Source: Octopus sinensis
Lineage: Eukaryota
Direction: 5' to 3'
Length of the DNA stretch: 64,000 bases
Assembly (NCBI RefSeq): GCF_006345805.1
Contig: NC_043002.1
Coordinates: forward strand, 111,290,001 to 111,354,000
This document shows positions 1 through 14,250 of the stretch, one piece after another. The position numbers and the translations under genes are program-made. Every line of letters begins with the position of its first letter. Within the stretch, counting starts at the first letter, position 1. Under the pieces are notes generated by a model. It was not told where the DNA came from, searched no databases, and saw only the letters and a program-made list of their open reading frames with translations.

Positions 1-169
1 CTCCCTTGACACTAACTATAAGAAATGCAGTGAACTGGTGATTGGCTCATTGAAAACCTGATTCCATATATATACCTTGGAAAGGTATACACTCACTACA
101 CACATAATCACACATTTCACAGACCTGAGAATTTCAAATGCTCATAATCTTTCCTACATTTTTTTTTTT

Positions 170-640
170 TATTTCACATATACACAATTCCTCCCTTTTG
201 TTTGCCTTCTCTCTTTGTCTCTTTCTTTCATCTCTATCTTTTCAGCTTTTCTTCGCATATCCCTTTTTCTGTCATCCTACTTGTTTATCCTTCTCTGCCC
301 CCACCCCACTGTCTTTCCTTCTTCTCTTTTATTCTTATGCTTACTCTCTCTCTTCTCTCATATCTCTCTCTACCTTTCTTACCACCCTCTAATTCCTAAT
401 CTATGACCTTAATCTGTGTATGTGTGCGTGTGTTACTTTTTACTTTGTTCTGCTTCTCTTTCTCTTGTCTCTCACTTTCACTTTCACTATCCCTCCCCCC
501 TTGTTCTCTTTCCTTATTATTTCCACTCTAGTTTAATCTCACTATCTCCTACTCTACTTCCTATCATTTTCCTCCTTCACTTGTATCTCACACATACACA
601 CACACACACGCACACACACACTCCCTACATCCACACAAAT
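170..640. repeat. CT-rich low-complexity tract plus (CA)n
   Basis: Direct reading; accounts for the F/L/S-rich ORFs. Confidence 0.8.
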
Positions 641-1018
641 TCATTTATCTTCTGATCCAGAACACTAGTTGCAATAAATAAGCTACAGGGGGGAAATCTG
701 GTTGTTTCTGCAGTGACCATCCAAACTGATGAAAGAACTTCATTGTTACAGTGTGGACACGTGAGAAGGTGTTTAGTTGCATGCTGTCTCCTCCTTTTAT
801 AACTGACCAAAGGAACCTCTAGTTTCTCTAGCCACCTGCCCTGGCCTCTTCCTGCCGTTTAGCAAGCTCAACTTGTTGGTTCTCCTCTTACAACTTCTAG
901 TGGATGTGTGTTGTGAATGTCCATTAACAATATTAACATGTGATGTAAGTAGTTCCACGTCCTCTCTAACACCAAACTGCATTGGTTTATTGTCTTCTTC
1001 CTGTTTTGTTAACTTCAG

Positions 1019-1165
1019 CCATTGAATAGGAGACAGTATGAACCTGTGGCAAAGGTGATCACTCGCAATATTACCAACACCCGAAACATGCCCAATAGTA
1101 GCCGTGTCCAGGCTCCACTTGCTGTCCCTGAACCGATAGAAATAGCCGATTATGGTACAGTCAAG
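1019..1165 (+). CDS. RhoGAPp190: p190 RhoGAP internal exon (PLNRRQYEP...IADYGTVK), phase 0-0
   Basis: Pyrimidine tract + CAG at 1016-1018, GTAAG donor at 1166; 147 nt open; splices in frame to the exon at 7794. The 5' part of the gene lies outside the window. Confidence 0.75.
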
Positions 1166-1916
1166 GTAAGGTGGCAAAAACAAAAGAACGTGTACTTACA
1201 CACACACATACACACACACACACACACCACACACACACACACAATCCAAAAATGACTGAGGTGTATTTAAAATTGACTTCAATAAATAGATTGACACTCG
1301 GAAGAATCTCTGAAATTGTCACCTGGAATTGAGGAGAAAAGAAGGAGGGGCGAGAAAGATTTTTGTGCCAGGACAGCACACAGTAGGATTGTAACAGACC
1401 CATGTTCTATATAACTCCTCTTTCCACCAAATCCTTGCTACCATATATATTGTAGCAAATCTCACATTTTTGTTTCTTTCTTCTGTACCATTGGTAGATC
1501 TAAACATTTTTCTTACTTTTTTGTGGAACAGTGGAATAAATATTTATTAAGTTGTTGGATTTTTTTTATATACAATCTGTGAGTGTGTGTGCGTGTTTTA
1601 AATTTTAACATAGCTTTTTTACTCATTTGTGTAGAAGTGGAATGAATATTTATTCTGAATCTCTGTCAAAAATATGTGTGTGTTTTAGCTGTTAACACAG
1701 CTTTCTTCAAATTGAGAACCTCTGCCATGGTGTATATGTATGTATGTATATATATGTATATATATATATATGTGTATATATATATATATGTTTAAAACAT
1801 CTTCCATTCCAAAATCTGAAATGATTGGTTTGTTTGCTGAATTGTACAAAATTAATTGGAACATTATATAATTTTGCATTTGATAGCATATATAAGTAGA
1901 AATATGTATGTGTGTG

Positions 1917-1955
<39 letters not shown>

Positions 1956-4593
1956 TCACATGTATCCCATGGAATTAAGTAGCACACAAAAATTGTTTAT
2001 TTTCTCATTCTTTGTTTTAATTTGAAAAGAAATTCCTTTCATTATATTGAGAGAAAAAATATGATTTAAACCATTTAAGAGTATTTTTCTTCATGTTCAA
2101 TAAAATGAGGCAATAGGCTTTAAAATAGGGGAAAATATTCAAGAATTAGTCATAACTCACAATAACAAAGAAAAAAAATCTTAAGAATTTTTGTGAACAA
2201 TCAACTAAGATCAAATATTTTATCTTAGTTCCCTTTGCAATATTCAGCCTTGTGAAATGGTGTAACCTGTCCAATTCCAATATCTAGTCTCCTAATAGTT
2301 TCTGTGAAAACTTCTCAAATGTGGCTAAAAGTTAATGAATTCTTGCACCTTGCATGATCTGTTTTTGTCTCAATATTTTGCCTTGCCCCCTATTGTTTGA
2401 TTTCATTAATGTTAGATTCTATAGAGAACAAAACTAGTCTGGTATATTCTTCTTAGTGGATGTTTTAACTTCACCTATTTTCATTTATGTGTAGTGATGT
2501 GTATTTGTAAGAACTATATCTTCTTTGTTAGTATAAATGTTATAGAGTGAGTGTACTTATCTGATGGCTGAAATGTAAAAATTCTTCAATTTGTGTAATA
2601 AAAATAATTAAGTAAATTAACATGAACAAAAAAAAAATAAGTCAAAGTAAAACAAAATTTGAAAGCAACTCTTCCATATGTTTTCTTATTTATTGAACAA
2701 TTAGAAATTTAAATGAAACTCTAAAAATAGTCTTTTCTAGATATTTTTTTTTTCTTACCAAGCAAATCCTTGAATCCTAGCAAAAACATTTCAGTTCCAC
2801 TCGAAAATATTAACCAAATAAGTTTTTTTTTTTTTTTCTCCTACCATTTTACATCATTTCCTTGGTGAAATAGGTTTCTTGAAGTAATTGTTTTTACAGT
2901 TAGATCTCCTTCCTACCACTAATCACTAAAGCAAGAAATAGGTGCCGAATCCATTTTTGTGATGCAAATTGGAAGAGAATTATGTATCCTTACTTGGGAA
3001 CACAACACAAACATTGTTACTATAATTTCATTACTAATGTGAAGAATCATCTTGTCAGTTATTTAATCTGAGTGATTTTCCTATTTTGTTCAATTTGTTC
3101 AATGTAGAAACAGCTTGTCTTCAACTATATGTACTTTTAAATCAAAATTATCATTGTAAGCTATAAAAAAAAAAAACACAGCGTTCACATTACCACAAAC
3201 TAATTTGAAGAGAAAGCTGTTGTTACAGAATCTTAAGTCCAGGTGTGTTTGTGGTCAAAACTGTTTCATTTATGAGAAAGGCATTCAGGTGAACTTATCA
3301 CATAATTTAGTTGTAGTTACTTTTAAGATAATCTATGGATGATATTTAATAATTGTTCAGGTGGTGAAATAAAGAATAAATGAAGAATGAAGGAGATAAA
3401 ACTTTACATAGGTTAATGCCAGATACACAAAATTCATCAACTATATATATATATACACACACCGACACATACACACTTCACCATTGTCGAAAATAAAATG
3501 TCAGCAACCATATGCAATGATACAAATTCTATTTCACTTATTTGTTATATGTCAAAGCATTAAAATATTTTTTAATAAAATTTTCTTTTTTTACTATTAT
3601 TAGAAAAATGTATTCTAATACAATTTAGGTTTTGCATATTTTTTTAATATATATTTAACTTGTTATAGCTGAATTGAAAACTTTTTTGTTTTTGTGCAGC
3701 CTCATATTCTCTAAATTTAGATTGATTGAAATGTTTAGTCATATAATTGAACCCCACTTCCCTTTATCTGTAGAACCACTATTTGTTGAGTCTTTTGAAA
3801 GTCAGTTTAGATGTGAATCTAACTGTTAATCTATATATTTGTTACTTGCATGAAGTTCTTGCATATTCTAGTTGCTGTTTGTGTTGTTCTTACTGATTAA
3901 AATTATTGATTTCATATATTACAATAGCACTTGATTTGTGTTAGACTGATTGATGACCTTGTATATTTTCATGATTATATCCAGTTTTAGTTTGAATTGA
4001 TGGTGCATTGAATAAATTTGGTCTGCATGTTCTTGCTAACTCTGGGCTTTTGCCATTCTTGCATGGCCAAAGCCAGCAAGCTCAATTTATTTACAGCTGT
4101 TGCAACTGCCACCAATTCTTGTTGTTCATGCTATTGTCTATTGTCTGTCTTTCATACAGAAATATATATGAGGCAAATAAAATATATATATATATATTCT
4201 ATTTGCATCTAAAATGTTTGCAATTTGCACCATTTTTCCTGAAGTAAAGAATTATCAAACAAAATAATAACAACAAAAATAATAATTTTATTGCCTGTCA
4301 TATTCAACGTAACTGCATAAGTTGCAAATGTTTCATTTTATTCCAGGTCTTTATTTTTCTAAATTTATAATAATAATATGGATCAATGTTTGCTGATCAA
4401 TTCTTCTTTCTTGCATTGCTATTTACCTTTGTTTGATATTCCATTGCTTGTTTTCCTGGCAACTTGTTTTCAGCTTTGAAACCTTGTTATTTAATATTTA
4501 CCCATTGATAATTTACAATCTTCTCTGTAAAGTCCTGTTTCAATTTCTAACTAATTTTAAACTAACTACATCGCCTTCTAATAAATATATGTA

Positions 4594-4626
<33 letters not shown>

Positions 4627-6217
4627 TATATTTCTCTTTAAAGTGTAATCTATGAAAATAGAAAGAAAAATTAGTTTTAAATTATTCTTAATGCCTTCAT
4701 TTAGTGAAATGAATCAGAATATTTCTGGAAGCAATAAGATCAGTTTTTTTTTAAACTTTTAAAATATACATCTTTAAGGAAGAGAAAAAGAAAAAAAGGA
4801 CCACCTATAATAAAGCAAACCAGGTTCTTATATTTTGAAATAATATATCTGGAAAAGATACATTCATGTATCTTTTGTTTTTTCCTTTTTTCCTTAATGG
4901 TTAAGTGGCACCTATTTTGATTATAATAAATTTATTGTAGAAATAGTGTGCTATCTATCCAGTGTGTGTTTTGCAAGCATTGATTTCTGAGAGATATTAT
5001 CATAACATGCTATTTAACAATACTGCTACTAACATCTTACTTACCTGTCTTCCTTTTCTGTTAATCCCTCTCAAATTGGAATTGCCAACTAATTGTGGTA
5101 AGTCCCATTCAGTTTTCTGTCCTTTTTCAGTTTGTGCCTATTAATGCATTGTTCACTAACTCTGTTTACTGGAGTAAAATAAAAGCACCCTATTTTTAAA
5201 ATTCTTAAGTGTACTTTCAAGAAATCCAAGCCCTTTTAAAATTTTACATCTCCAATATTTGTGCCCTCCAAACTATTTTACCACATTCACCCATTACTGC
5301 TTTTTGAAACTTTTAGCTGAATTTATGTGAAATGTACAAAAGGGTCTACATAAATAATGGTATGATTAAATTCGTTACTTGTACAAAGGCACATATCCCC
5401 AAATTGCTAACATCCATATCGACATACACATATGTCTATAAAATGAAGACCAGTAAGGTAACTTAAGCCTTACAACAATGAAAATTGTTTGGGGCAGTTG
5501 TCTCTTCTAGTTCTGCTATTCTGAAGGATGCAAAGGAGGATCTGCCAGGGTAGTGACATTCTGCCGCACTGTCTGGCAGTTTTGAGAATTGGATGCAGTT
5601 TAACATCATATTCTGTTGTACCAATTGCAAAGCAACCAAAATGAGTGGATGTCAAATTTTTGTGAATATTGTCCACCATCACAGCTCTAGGGACACACTT
5701 TCACCTGTTCCTCCAGTTTTTGGACTTTACCGTAATCATGGCATGGAAGCTAAGATGGTTGTTAACACTTGTCCAAGGTGCTTCCTTGAGACTCTGGAGG
5801 GACAGGTTACTAACTTCCTTTCACAGTTTGACTTCAAAGTCTTTATTGGTTTTGCAATATAAGTAAGATACTAACGTTAGGAATCTGATGATGGCTTGAT
5901 TGGCAAATAAAAATATGTTTGTTTTTGTCTGAATTTATGAAATGAGGAATTATCATTATTATACACTGATGTATTCAAACTAGTATCTTGGTTTTAACCA
6001 TTGTACCTTCCAGTACTTCAAGTGCCTACTGTATTCCATAATATTCTTGAAATTTAGAATCAGACACCTTATTAAATCCATGGTGGTAGATTGTTCTCAT
6101 TCCAGTGTCTGTACAAATTCCAAGAGTATTACTGAATAACACAAGCACCTAAAGAAGGTCAGAGAGCACAATCGTTGAAATACTGTAACTTCAGCAACCA
6201 CGAGTAAGGTATATCAA

Positions 6218-6401
6218 TGCAGGTAGCATGTAAAAAGCACCCACTACACTCACGGAGTGGTTGGTGTTAGGAAGGGCATCCAGCTGTAGAAACATTGCCA
6301 GATAAGACTGGAGCCTGGTGCAGCCTTCTGGCTTCCCAGATCCCCGGTCGAACCGTCCAACCCATGCTAGCATGGAGAACGGACGTTAAACGATGATGAT
6401 G
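6218..6401 (+). mobile_element. Retroposon family B, 3' fragment (GGAAGGGCATCCAGC domain, (GAT)n tail)
   Basis: Fixed 3' end CGGACGTTAAACGATGATGAT shared by all B copies. Confidence 0.85.
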
Positions 6402-6573
6402 TAGGCAAAAATAATTAGCAGTGAGTTTATTGACCATGAAGAATGAAAAAAACCCAACATAAAATCAACTACCTGAAACTTATTTTTGCAATATAAATAG
6501 CTTACCAGTTAATTTTCTCATATAAAATAAAATTCTGTGTATACGTTTCTGTGTTTGTCCTCAAGAACACCAG

Positions 6574-6693
6574 AATGAGGCAACCAGTGAAGCAGAAATT
6601 GGTAAAGAAGCTGCTACCAATAGTCATTATCAAAATAAAAGAAAGCAAAATGCTGCTGAATTCAATTATATGCCTGGGTCTTCCCTTTCTATA
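6574..6693 (+). CDS. Possible cassette exon (NEATSEAEIG...GSSLSI), phase 0-0
   Basis: Open 120 nt between CAG (6571-6573) and GTAAAC (6694); symmetric phase fits between the 1019 and 7794 exons. The donor is weak and an upstream AG at 6564-6565 competes. Confidence 0.3.
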
Positions 6694-6752
6694 GTAAACT
6701 ATTAATGTATTTTGAAGTTAAACATATTTATATACTAAAAATTAAGTATATA

Positions 6753-6917
6753 GATGCAAGAGTGACTGTGTGGTAAGTAGCTTGCTTACTAACTCCATGG
6801 TTCCGGGTTCAGTCCCACTGCGTGGCACCTTGGGCAAGTGTCTTCTACTATAGCCTCGGGCTGACCAAAGCCTTGTGAGTGGATTTGGTAGACGGAAACT
6901 GAAAGAAGCCCGTCATA

Positions 6918-6981
<64 letters not shown>

Positions 6982-7199
6982 AGTGTGCGTGTATGTTTGT
7001 GTGTCTGTGTTTGTCCCCCTAGCATTGCTTGACAACCGATGTTGGTGTGTTTATGTCCCCGTTACTTAGCAGTTCGGCAAAAGAGACAAAAGAGAATAAG
7101 TACTGGGCTTACAAAAGAATAAGTCCCGGGGTTGAGTTGCTCGATTAAAGGCAGTGCTCCAGCATGGCCGCAGTCAAATGACTGAAACAAGTAAAAGAG
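6753..7199 (+). mobile_element. SINE family A (tRNA-type head, internal (TA)n/(TG)n, CR1-like tail), full length
   Basis: A/B-box-like TGTGTGGTAAG and GGTTCAGTCCC; 20-bp target-site duplication TACTAAAAATTAAGTATATA at 6733-6752 and 7200-7219. Confidence 0.9.
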
Positions 7200-7793
7200 T
7201 ACTAAAAATTAAGTATATATGAGTGAGTGGTAGGGAGAGACAAGACATTGTTCAGCTTTTGTGACTTGACAAGTATGGCAGATAGACATCCAATTCCAGA
7301 GACCCTATCTTAGTGAAACTAATTGCTTTTTTTTTTTTTTTTGTTTATATTCAATTTCCTATACTGGTCTTAACTTTGTGCTTAGACCATTCGATTTTCC
7401 ATTAGCATGAACACCATGGAGTTATAAGTGTTTCTGGAAGTTGCATGTCTTTTGAGTTTCATTTCTTTCAGCTCCTTCTACCCCCCCCCTTTTTCCCCCC
7501 ATAGACTTTCATTTAAAGTAAGCCAAGATTCAGGTTTCACTTTTTTTTTTTTTACATGGATGAGATGATTGTATATATAGCATTATACATTATTTCATTT
7601 TCACCCTACTTTAATTTCACTTCAATTTTTTTTATTTCTACTTTTTTTTTTAAGAAACAGCTTTGTTTATTTATTTTGTTTTGTGCATTTATTTTAATTA
7701 CATAAAACTAACTGAGGAGAATTAATTATCTTCCTTTTTTTTTTTTAAGATGACTAGATTGTGATGTCTGTATTTCAATACATTTTATTTTAG

Positions 7794-7902
7794 GATGCTC
7801 TCCTCCAGTCTCCCACGGAGAGTGACTATGCTCTAGTCGAAGATGCTCTACCTGCAGGAAAAGTTCATCGTATCAAATCAACACGCAAGAAGGATCATAA
7901 AG
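7794..7902 (+). CDS. RhoGAPp190: p190 RhoGAP exon (DALLQSPTESDYALVEDAL...KKDHK), phase 0-1
   Basis: TTTTATTTTAG acceptor, GTAAAA donor; the SDYA motif recalls the vertebrate p190 Y1087 region. Confidence 0.85.
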
Positions 7903-10742
7903 GTAAAAACAATAGAGTAATTGTTTTCTGTGGCATTATTTTTTTCCCTTGTATATTTGTTGTGGTGGTTATGGTATCCATAACTGCTAATCTTTTTTTT
8001 TTTGAGAGTGTTCTCCAGACAAATTTATTATTATTATTATTATTATTATTATAAACAAAATTCAATTCTATAAAACCAAACATTTTCATTGAAAACCATT
8101 GATCAATTTAAATGAATATTGTTGGATGGATTTTGTATATTGTTTCTTACTGGTTGACAGCATCCTCTGTCTTGTTATGCATACACACACACTCTTTCTC
8201 TCTGTCTCACACTGAAATAAAAATATATATATACTGAAACGGGTTTGATTTTCTGCTATATGTTTGTTATTACTGGTTTTGTGTCTAAATTTGTCAAATT
8301 TGAACTGTAGGATTATTTTAAATCATTTTCTTGTCTCCAGTAAGAGTCAAAATTTTCTCTATCCTCATCTTCTAACTGTGAACAAGAATTATTCTTATGC
8401 TTCATGCTGTTTCTTTGTTGTTTAGTAATTAGGTAAGAGCTATAAAACATCAGTGTTTATACACAAATACATATGAAAATAAACCAAGGACTGAAAAATT
8501 GAAAATATATTCATCTCTTCTATTGCTTCTTCATAGTTGATAAATATTGATAGGTATACCAAAAGGTTCATACTTAGCAAAGTGATTGCCAATATTGAAA
8601 TCCTTTGCCTCTTGCAAATTTTGTTTAAATGTATGTGCATTCTGAATTATTAGTTATTTTTGGGTTTTTTTCAAACTCTGAATTGAAATAAACTATTATT
8701 AAATATATAGAGCAGGTGCCTAGCCTTTAATGGTAATTGATTCTGTTTTTGTATGTATGTTGTGTGTCAGAATAATTGTTGCAAACAGCTCTGCAAACGT
8801 CTATAAATGCCGAGTAAAATCTCTTTTGGCCTGACTGGTTCAGATTTAAACGCTTTGTCAGGAAATATTTGTTAAAGCTAATTAAAAAATAACATTTTTT
8901 TATTTTGGCTAAATTCTAAATTATGATTTATTCCTAAATGAAAGCCTATTTTGGAAAGGAATTTTGTGCCAATTACAGGGTTTATTATCAGAAATGTGTT
9001 GCAGAATTAGGGTCGTATGATTCATAAAGTGTAATACACATTATGTGAGTTCATATTGATGGTAATTTGAATGAAGTAGTTGTTGTTGTTGTTGTTGTTG
9101 TTGTTGTTCCAAATGTGCATCCATGTGTTTTTTATGTCTTAATTTTCTTCATGTGACACATTGCAAGGAAGAACATTCCTTAATGACATGATTATTGAAT
9201 TAATTGGCTCCCAAAGTAGAGATCAGTGATTGAAGATTACAGATTACTAGGGAGTAAATTGGATGGATTCTGTAATCAATATCTTCTCATGGTTTCCTGA
9301 ACTACTTGAACCAGAAATGATGAGTGACATATTAGTCATGCTTTGGTTACTAATCATTTTCTGTTTTATCCAAATAATTATTATTGTGGACTGGTTTGGC
9401 TCTGAGAAACCTGAATGCAGGCTAAGGTAGTCAGTTTATGTAAACATGATGCAATTAGTACAAATAGTAACGGAAAAAAGGCCAGACAAAGAGAACAACT
9501 CGTAAGTCATGGATTATTTTCTGGGGTTGGGAAATGAATAAATAAAACTAGATTCTAAGTTTTTGTTAAATGGGGATTCAGAATTGTCAGAGGAAAGGCA
9601 AATATGTGTCAGTGTTGACTAGGCATTAAAAAACGAAACAAACAAAAACATCCATATAAATCTATGTAGCAAGTACAATAGGTTTTAGTTGGTGCCAATA
9701 TTAATTTTTGTATGTTTTTGCTGTTCTTTGTCTATTAGAATATATCTGTTACCAATCATTTAGAATCAAGGAACTGTTGGCACAATTGCTCAGAACAAAG
9801 ATTTAAGTACCTAATATGAGAGGAATGGGCAGGATCTGTGTAGTGTAATCAGTACTGTGGTTGCCTGGTAAGTGATATAAATATGCCACTCAGCTCTCAT
9901 AAGTCATCTTGTTTTGCTTTGCAAATTGGTGCTCAAAATGTCTAATATCACTTTTACATTGAAGATCTTAGCTATTAATTCATTTATAACTCTTATAATA
10001 TTTTTTGAAGCAAATAGTTTTTCTTACTAGATTTGACCAATTTTGAGGGTGAAATTACGTTCCTTCTGCCACTAACGAAAGAGTTTCTTTTTCCTCATCT
10101 ATTTCTGTATATGTGTTGGGGTGTGTGGAAGTTTTGTTGAGTTCAACATTCTCTGCAACAGGTGCTTACAGAAGTGTGTTTATCATAAAAGATGAATTTT
10201 TAAAAATATCTGATTAGTGCTAATATCAATGGGAGTTAATTTCCTGTATACACCATGGTGGTGATGCTGGTTCAGGAAATTAAAGATTTTCTAAGACCAT
10301 GGGCAGCACATAGCAAAATATGAGATAAAAGTGGGCAATGGAATATTATTTTCTCATAATGCCAAGATTACCACTACACGAAGGAAATAAATATGAAACA
10401 AAAATGCCTCTAGTTACATATATGTATAGATATATATGTGTGTATAGATCAATAGGTTGGTAGGTATATAGATAGATAAGTATGTTGATGTTCTGTGTAT
10501 TAGATTAGAAAAGAAGAAATTCCTTTACAGTAGACTTATTTCTTTGTTCTATACTATTCAATGCTTTTCAAGTAGACTTTCTGCCAGCCATATCTGTGAA
10601 GCTATTTACAATTGTATCCATTTCACTTAACTTGTATGTTTTTTGAGAAAGGTATGGACATTACGTAATCTCAAAGTCCTGCTTATATAACTAGAATTAA
10701 AAATGGAAATAAATTTCCAGTTACAGAATTGAGATTTCTGTT

Positions 10743-10786
<44 letters not shown>

Positions 10787-11525
10787 CATTTGTAATGTAT
10801 TAGTTTCATTTGATTATGAAGATAGGAAAAAATATATTTGAAAAAACTTCCTTAATTTAGACTGGGACACTTTTAACCTTATATGGGTATGTGTGCATGC
10901 ATGCATGCATGTCTTTGTGCACATGCGCACACATTTCCTTTTCTAACTTCATTTATACTATCTTCAAAAGATGAAAGTGAAAATAATTCCCTACCTCCTT
11001 TTGTTAAAAAGGTCTGTTTGATTGAATTAAAGTGTATGTGGTAATTTTTTTTGCTTTGTTTCTGGGTTTGTTTTTTTTTTTAATTATAGGATAATCTTTT
11101 GTTTACTTCAGTTTTTCTTTAGAAATCAGACCATCAGAGTTGGTGGACGTTGCTCAAGAAAGAAGAAAAAAGTTGTTTTTGATATATATTTCGTTCAGTC
11201 AATTTTAAATTGTTACATAGAATATATTTCAGAATTTTTTTAATGGAAAAACTTAAAAGAACAAAGTATTTTTTTTCTTTTAGTTATTTTTGCTTTTGTT
11301 ATTTTTCAAAATGGCACATTTACAATTAGTTTTTTTTATTTTAGCTTTTTTAATGTTATGCTTGACAACCTTTCAATTGCCTTTTGTGGTAATAATTCAG
11401 TTGGAGAGAATAGTTCTGTATCCTGGCTAAATCAATAATCAGGACACTCATATGTCTGCTGTGTTTACTGAGTAAGAACACCAAATCTTCTTGTGGATTT
11501 TATTTATTTTCTTTTCCTGAAACAG

Positions 11526-11720
11526 TAGGTGCCACTGATTCCGAAGATTCAGAATTCAGCTCTCTAGAAAGAGAGTATAGTGCTGGCATTTACCACACAG
11601 TGAACCATCGCCCCTTCCCACACAGAAAAAAGCACAAACAAAGGTTTCAAGATACTTACATGACTTTGGAGCCGGATGACAGGTATCTGGCTTCATTAGA
11701 TGGCATTTCGTTTGATCGAG
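11526..11720 (+). CDS. RhoGAPp190: p190 RhoGAP exon (GATDSEDSEF...GISFDR), phase 1-1
   Basis: Pyrimidine tract + CAG/TAG tandem acceptor, GTGAGT donor, 195 nt open. Confidence 0.85.
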
Positions 11721-12932
11721 GTGAGTGTATTGTATAGTGCTTGCAACATCATTCTGCCTATAACTCAGTGCATGTCTATATAATCATTGAAGCATATGCA
11801 AATCTCTGACAAACTGCTAGACTACAAGTCATTGAAACAACAAGGGAATTCAAGGAGGACCTTGTCCATTGATTATTTTCACAAAGTGGGAAGTTTGTGC
11901 ATTTACTCTTTACTAGTGTATATATTTGACTCTCTGAGTCAGAGGAGAGGTCCAGTTACCAAACTTGTTCTCTGATCAGGAGTTCAAAGCCTGCCACACA
12001 GTCTATGTTGTGCATTTGAATAAGTGATAGTATTCTGCTTCACTTAGCCTATGTTACTGGAATAATAGATATTCTACAATATATTGATAGTTGTTGATAT
12101 TAATACAAATGCAAATATCCACATTTCCAAGGTCTGACTAACTGACCAACCAATGCCAGATGTAAAATACTGAACTGCTAAGTCAGTATGTTTACATTAT
12201 ATATATATATATTGTAGACACATATACTTACCTATTATCATATGGTAATACCTACTGTTGCCATATTTTTGCTGTGCATTACAAACTATGAAGCAAACTC
12301 GATATATTTGCAGAAGTGTTTCATTTGTATCTCCCCCTACAGCAATGGGAGAAGTCAGTACCTCTCAGTTGGAGAAAACAAAAGAAAATCCTTTGCATTT
12401 TATTATTTTATTTTAGCATTTATCATTGTTTTCTTCTTCAACTGAATTTCGCTTGTTTCAGCAAGTTTTAAGTTGCCAATAAATTAATGTTATTAATCAG
12501 CAACAGGTATTTCTTACACTGTCTTTGGAGGTTCCATGTAAAAACAGACTTTAATTGCATTTACCTTTTCTAAACTATTACATATGCTAAAATAGGTGAT
12601 CTAATCAATATTTCTGCTGAATAAAACCTTAGAATGAACTCACATCTATAAGTGAATGGGAAAAAAATTTTTAATGTTTCTCTGAGTACTTTGCACTCAT
12701 GCTGACACATTTACTTCTGTACTGAGACAATCCAATTTGGACTGCTCCAACTTCAAAAATAAAAGTCTCATTCAGATGAACAGTAGTAATAATAACACCA
12801 AACCAATGAGTTCTGAGTTGGACTGTAAGATTACCTAATCCCCAGACTGTAAGATTAACTAATCCCCAGTCCTCTCAGCAACAAAGTTTGAGAGCTGCAT
12901 TCACACTGTACTAGATTATTTGATCCTAAGCT

Positions 12933-13040
12933 CGCTCTCTCTCTCCCTCTCTCTCTCCACCTCTCTCTCTTCTCTCTCTCTCTCCACCTCTCTCTCTTCC
13001 TCTCTCTCTCTCCACCTCTCTCTCTTCCTCTCTCTCTCCC
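12933..13040. repeat. Interrupted (CT)n microsatellite
   Basis: Direct reading. Confidence 0.9.
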
Positions 13041-13941
13041 AAATTTGTTCATCCTCTTTATAGACATTATCATCTCCATCTTTTAAACCAGATCTTGATA
13101 TTATTGTTATTTCTTTTTTTATTTGCTTATGGCTTCAATCGGACTGCTTAACCCTTACCTCTGGTTGCTGAGGGTACTAACTACTGCTCTTCCTTAATTA
13201 GGTCCTAATGAACCTTTTCATCTAATCACTAACTTGTGTATGTCAGATAAGGCCAGCATGTTGTTGCTGTTCTTTCTTGCTATTTTTCAGGAAGCTATTT
13301 CCAGTTTGACTTTTTTTCTCTCTCAGTCTTTTATTTCTGAGCTTATTCTCTTAAAAACTGTATTATATTGCTGTTATTCTTGCTTTATGCTTCAGGCATA
13401 TCACATATTTATATTAATGAGTGTGTGTATATGTGCACACACACACACATATGATTATAGCTAAACTTCCAAAAAGGACAGCCTTTTCAATATATTTTTC
13501 AGACAAATTTTCGTTACAATAGAAGAATTTCAGATTTCTTCCAATTTTTCTTTTAGTTTGGACTGTTTCATGATTGCTTTCTTTCTGTAATTGTGGTGAA
13601 AATACCTAAAATACTCAATTACAATTGTTTTTTTGTTGTTTTGTTTTTTTTTATATATGCATATATGCCAGTTTAGCTTCATGAAAAATAATGTTAAAAT
13701 GAAATTTAAATGAATTAAAAGCATAAGGCTTTCACCTGTTAAACATTCAAACATGAACATCAGTTGAATTTTACTGATATAATTGCCTCAGAAGATTAAT
13801 TAGATCATTTTTAAAGATTGCACTTTAAGATTTGTTGTCACGTGGGCAAATCCTACCGAGACGTAATCAGTCCATTGATACTGTTCCATTTCTAGAGTGG
13901 AACCAGTTCTCTTTATTATGCCACTAGTGACTTTGAAAAAG

Positions 13942-14250
13942 TGGCATCTTGGGCAAGTGTCTTCTGCTATAGCCCCAGGCCGACCAATGCCTTGTGAGTG
14001 GATTTGGTAGATGGAAACTGAAAGAAGCCTGTCGTATATATGTGTGTATGTTTGTGTGTCTGTGTTTGTCCCCCCTAGCATTGCTTGACAACCGATGCTG
14101 GCGTGTTTACGTCCCTGTCAGCGGTTCGGCAAAAGAGACCGATAGAATAAGTACTGGGCTTACAAAGAATAAGTCCCAGGGTCGATTTGCTCGACTAAAG
14201 GCGGTGCTCCAGCATGGCCGCAGTCAAATGACTGAAACAAGTAAAAGAGT
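13942..14250 (+). mobile_element. SINE family A, 5'-truncated
   Basis: Matches the other A copies through the GGCGGTGCTCCAGCATGGCC tail. Confidence 0.85.

Noticed and set aside
5481-5870. GC-richer unique segment with a GTAAG donor as an exon
   Set aside because: In-frame stops precede the donor and there is no phase-compatible acceptor or recognisable product.
6147-6190. Hammerhead-like relic CTAAAGA...GAAA
   Set aside because: The core is mutated and the stems are not recoverable.
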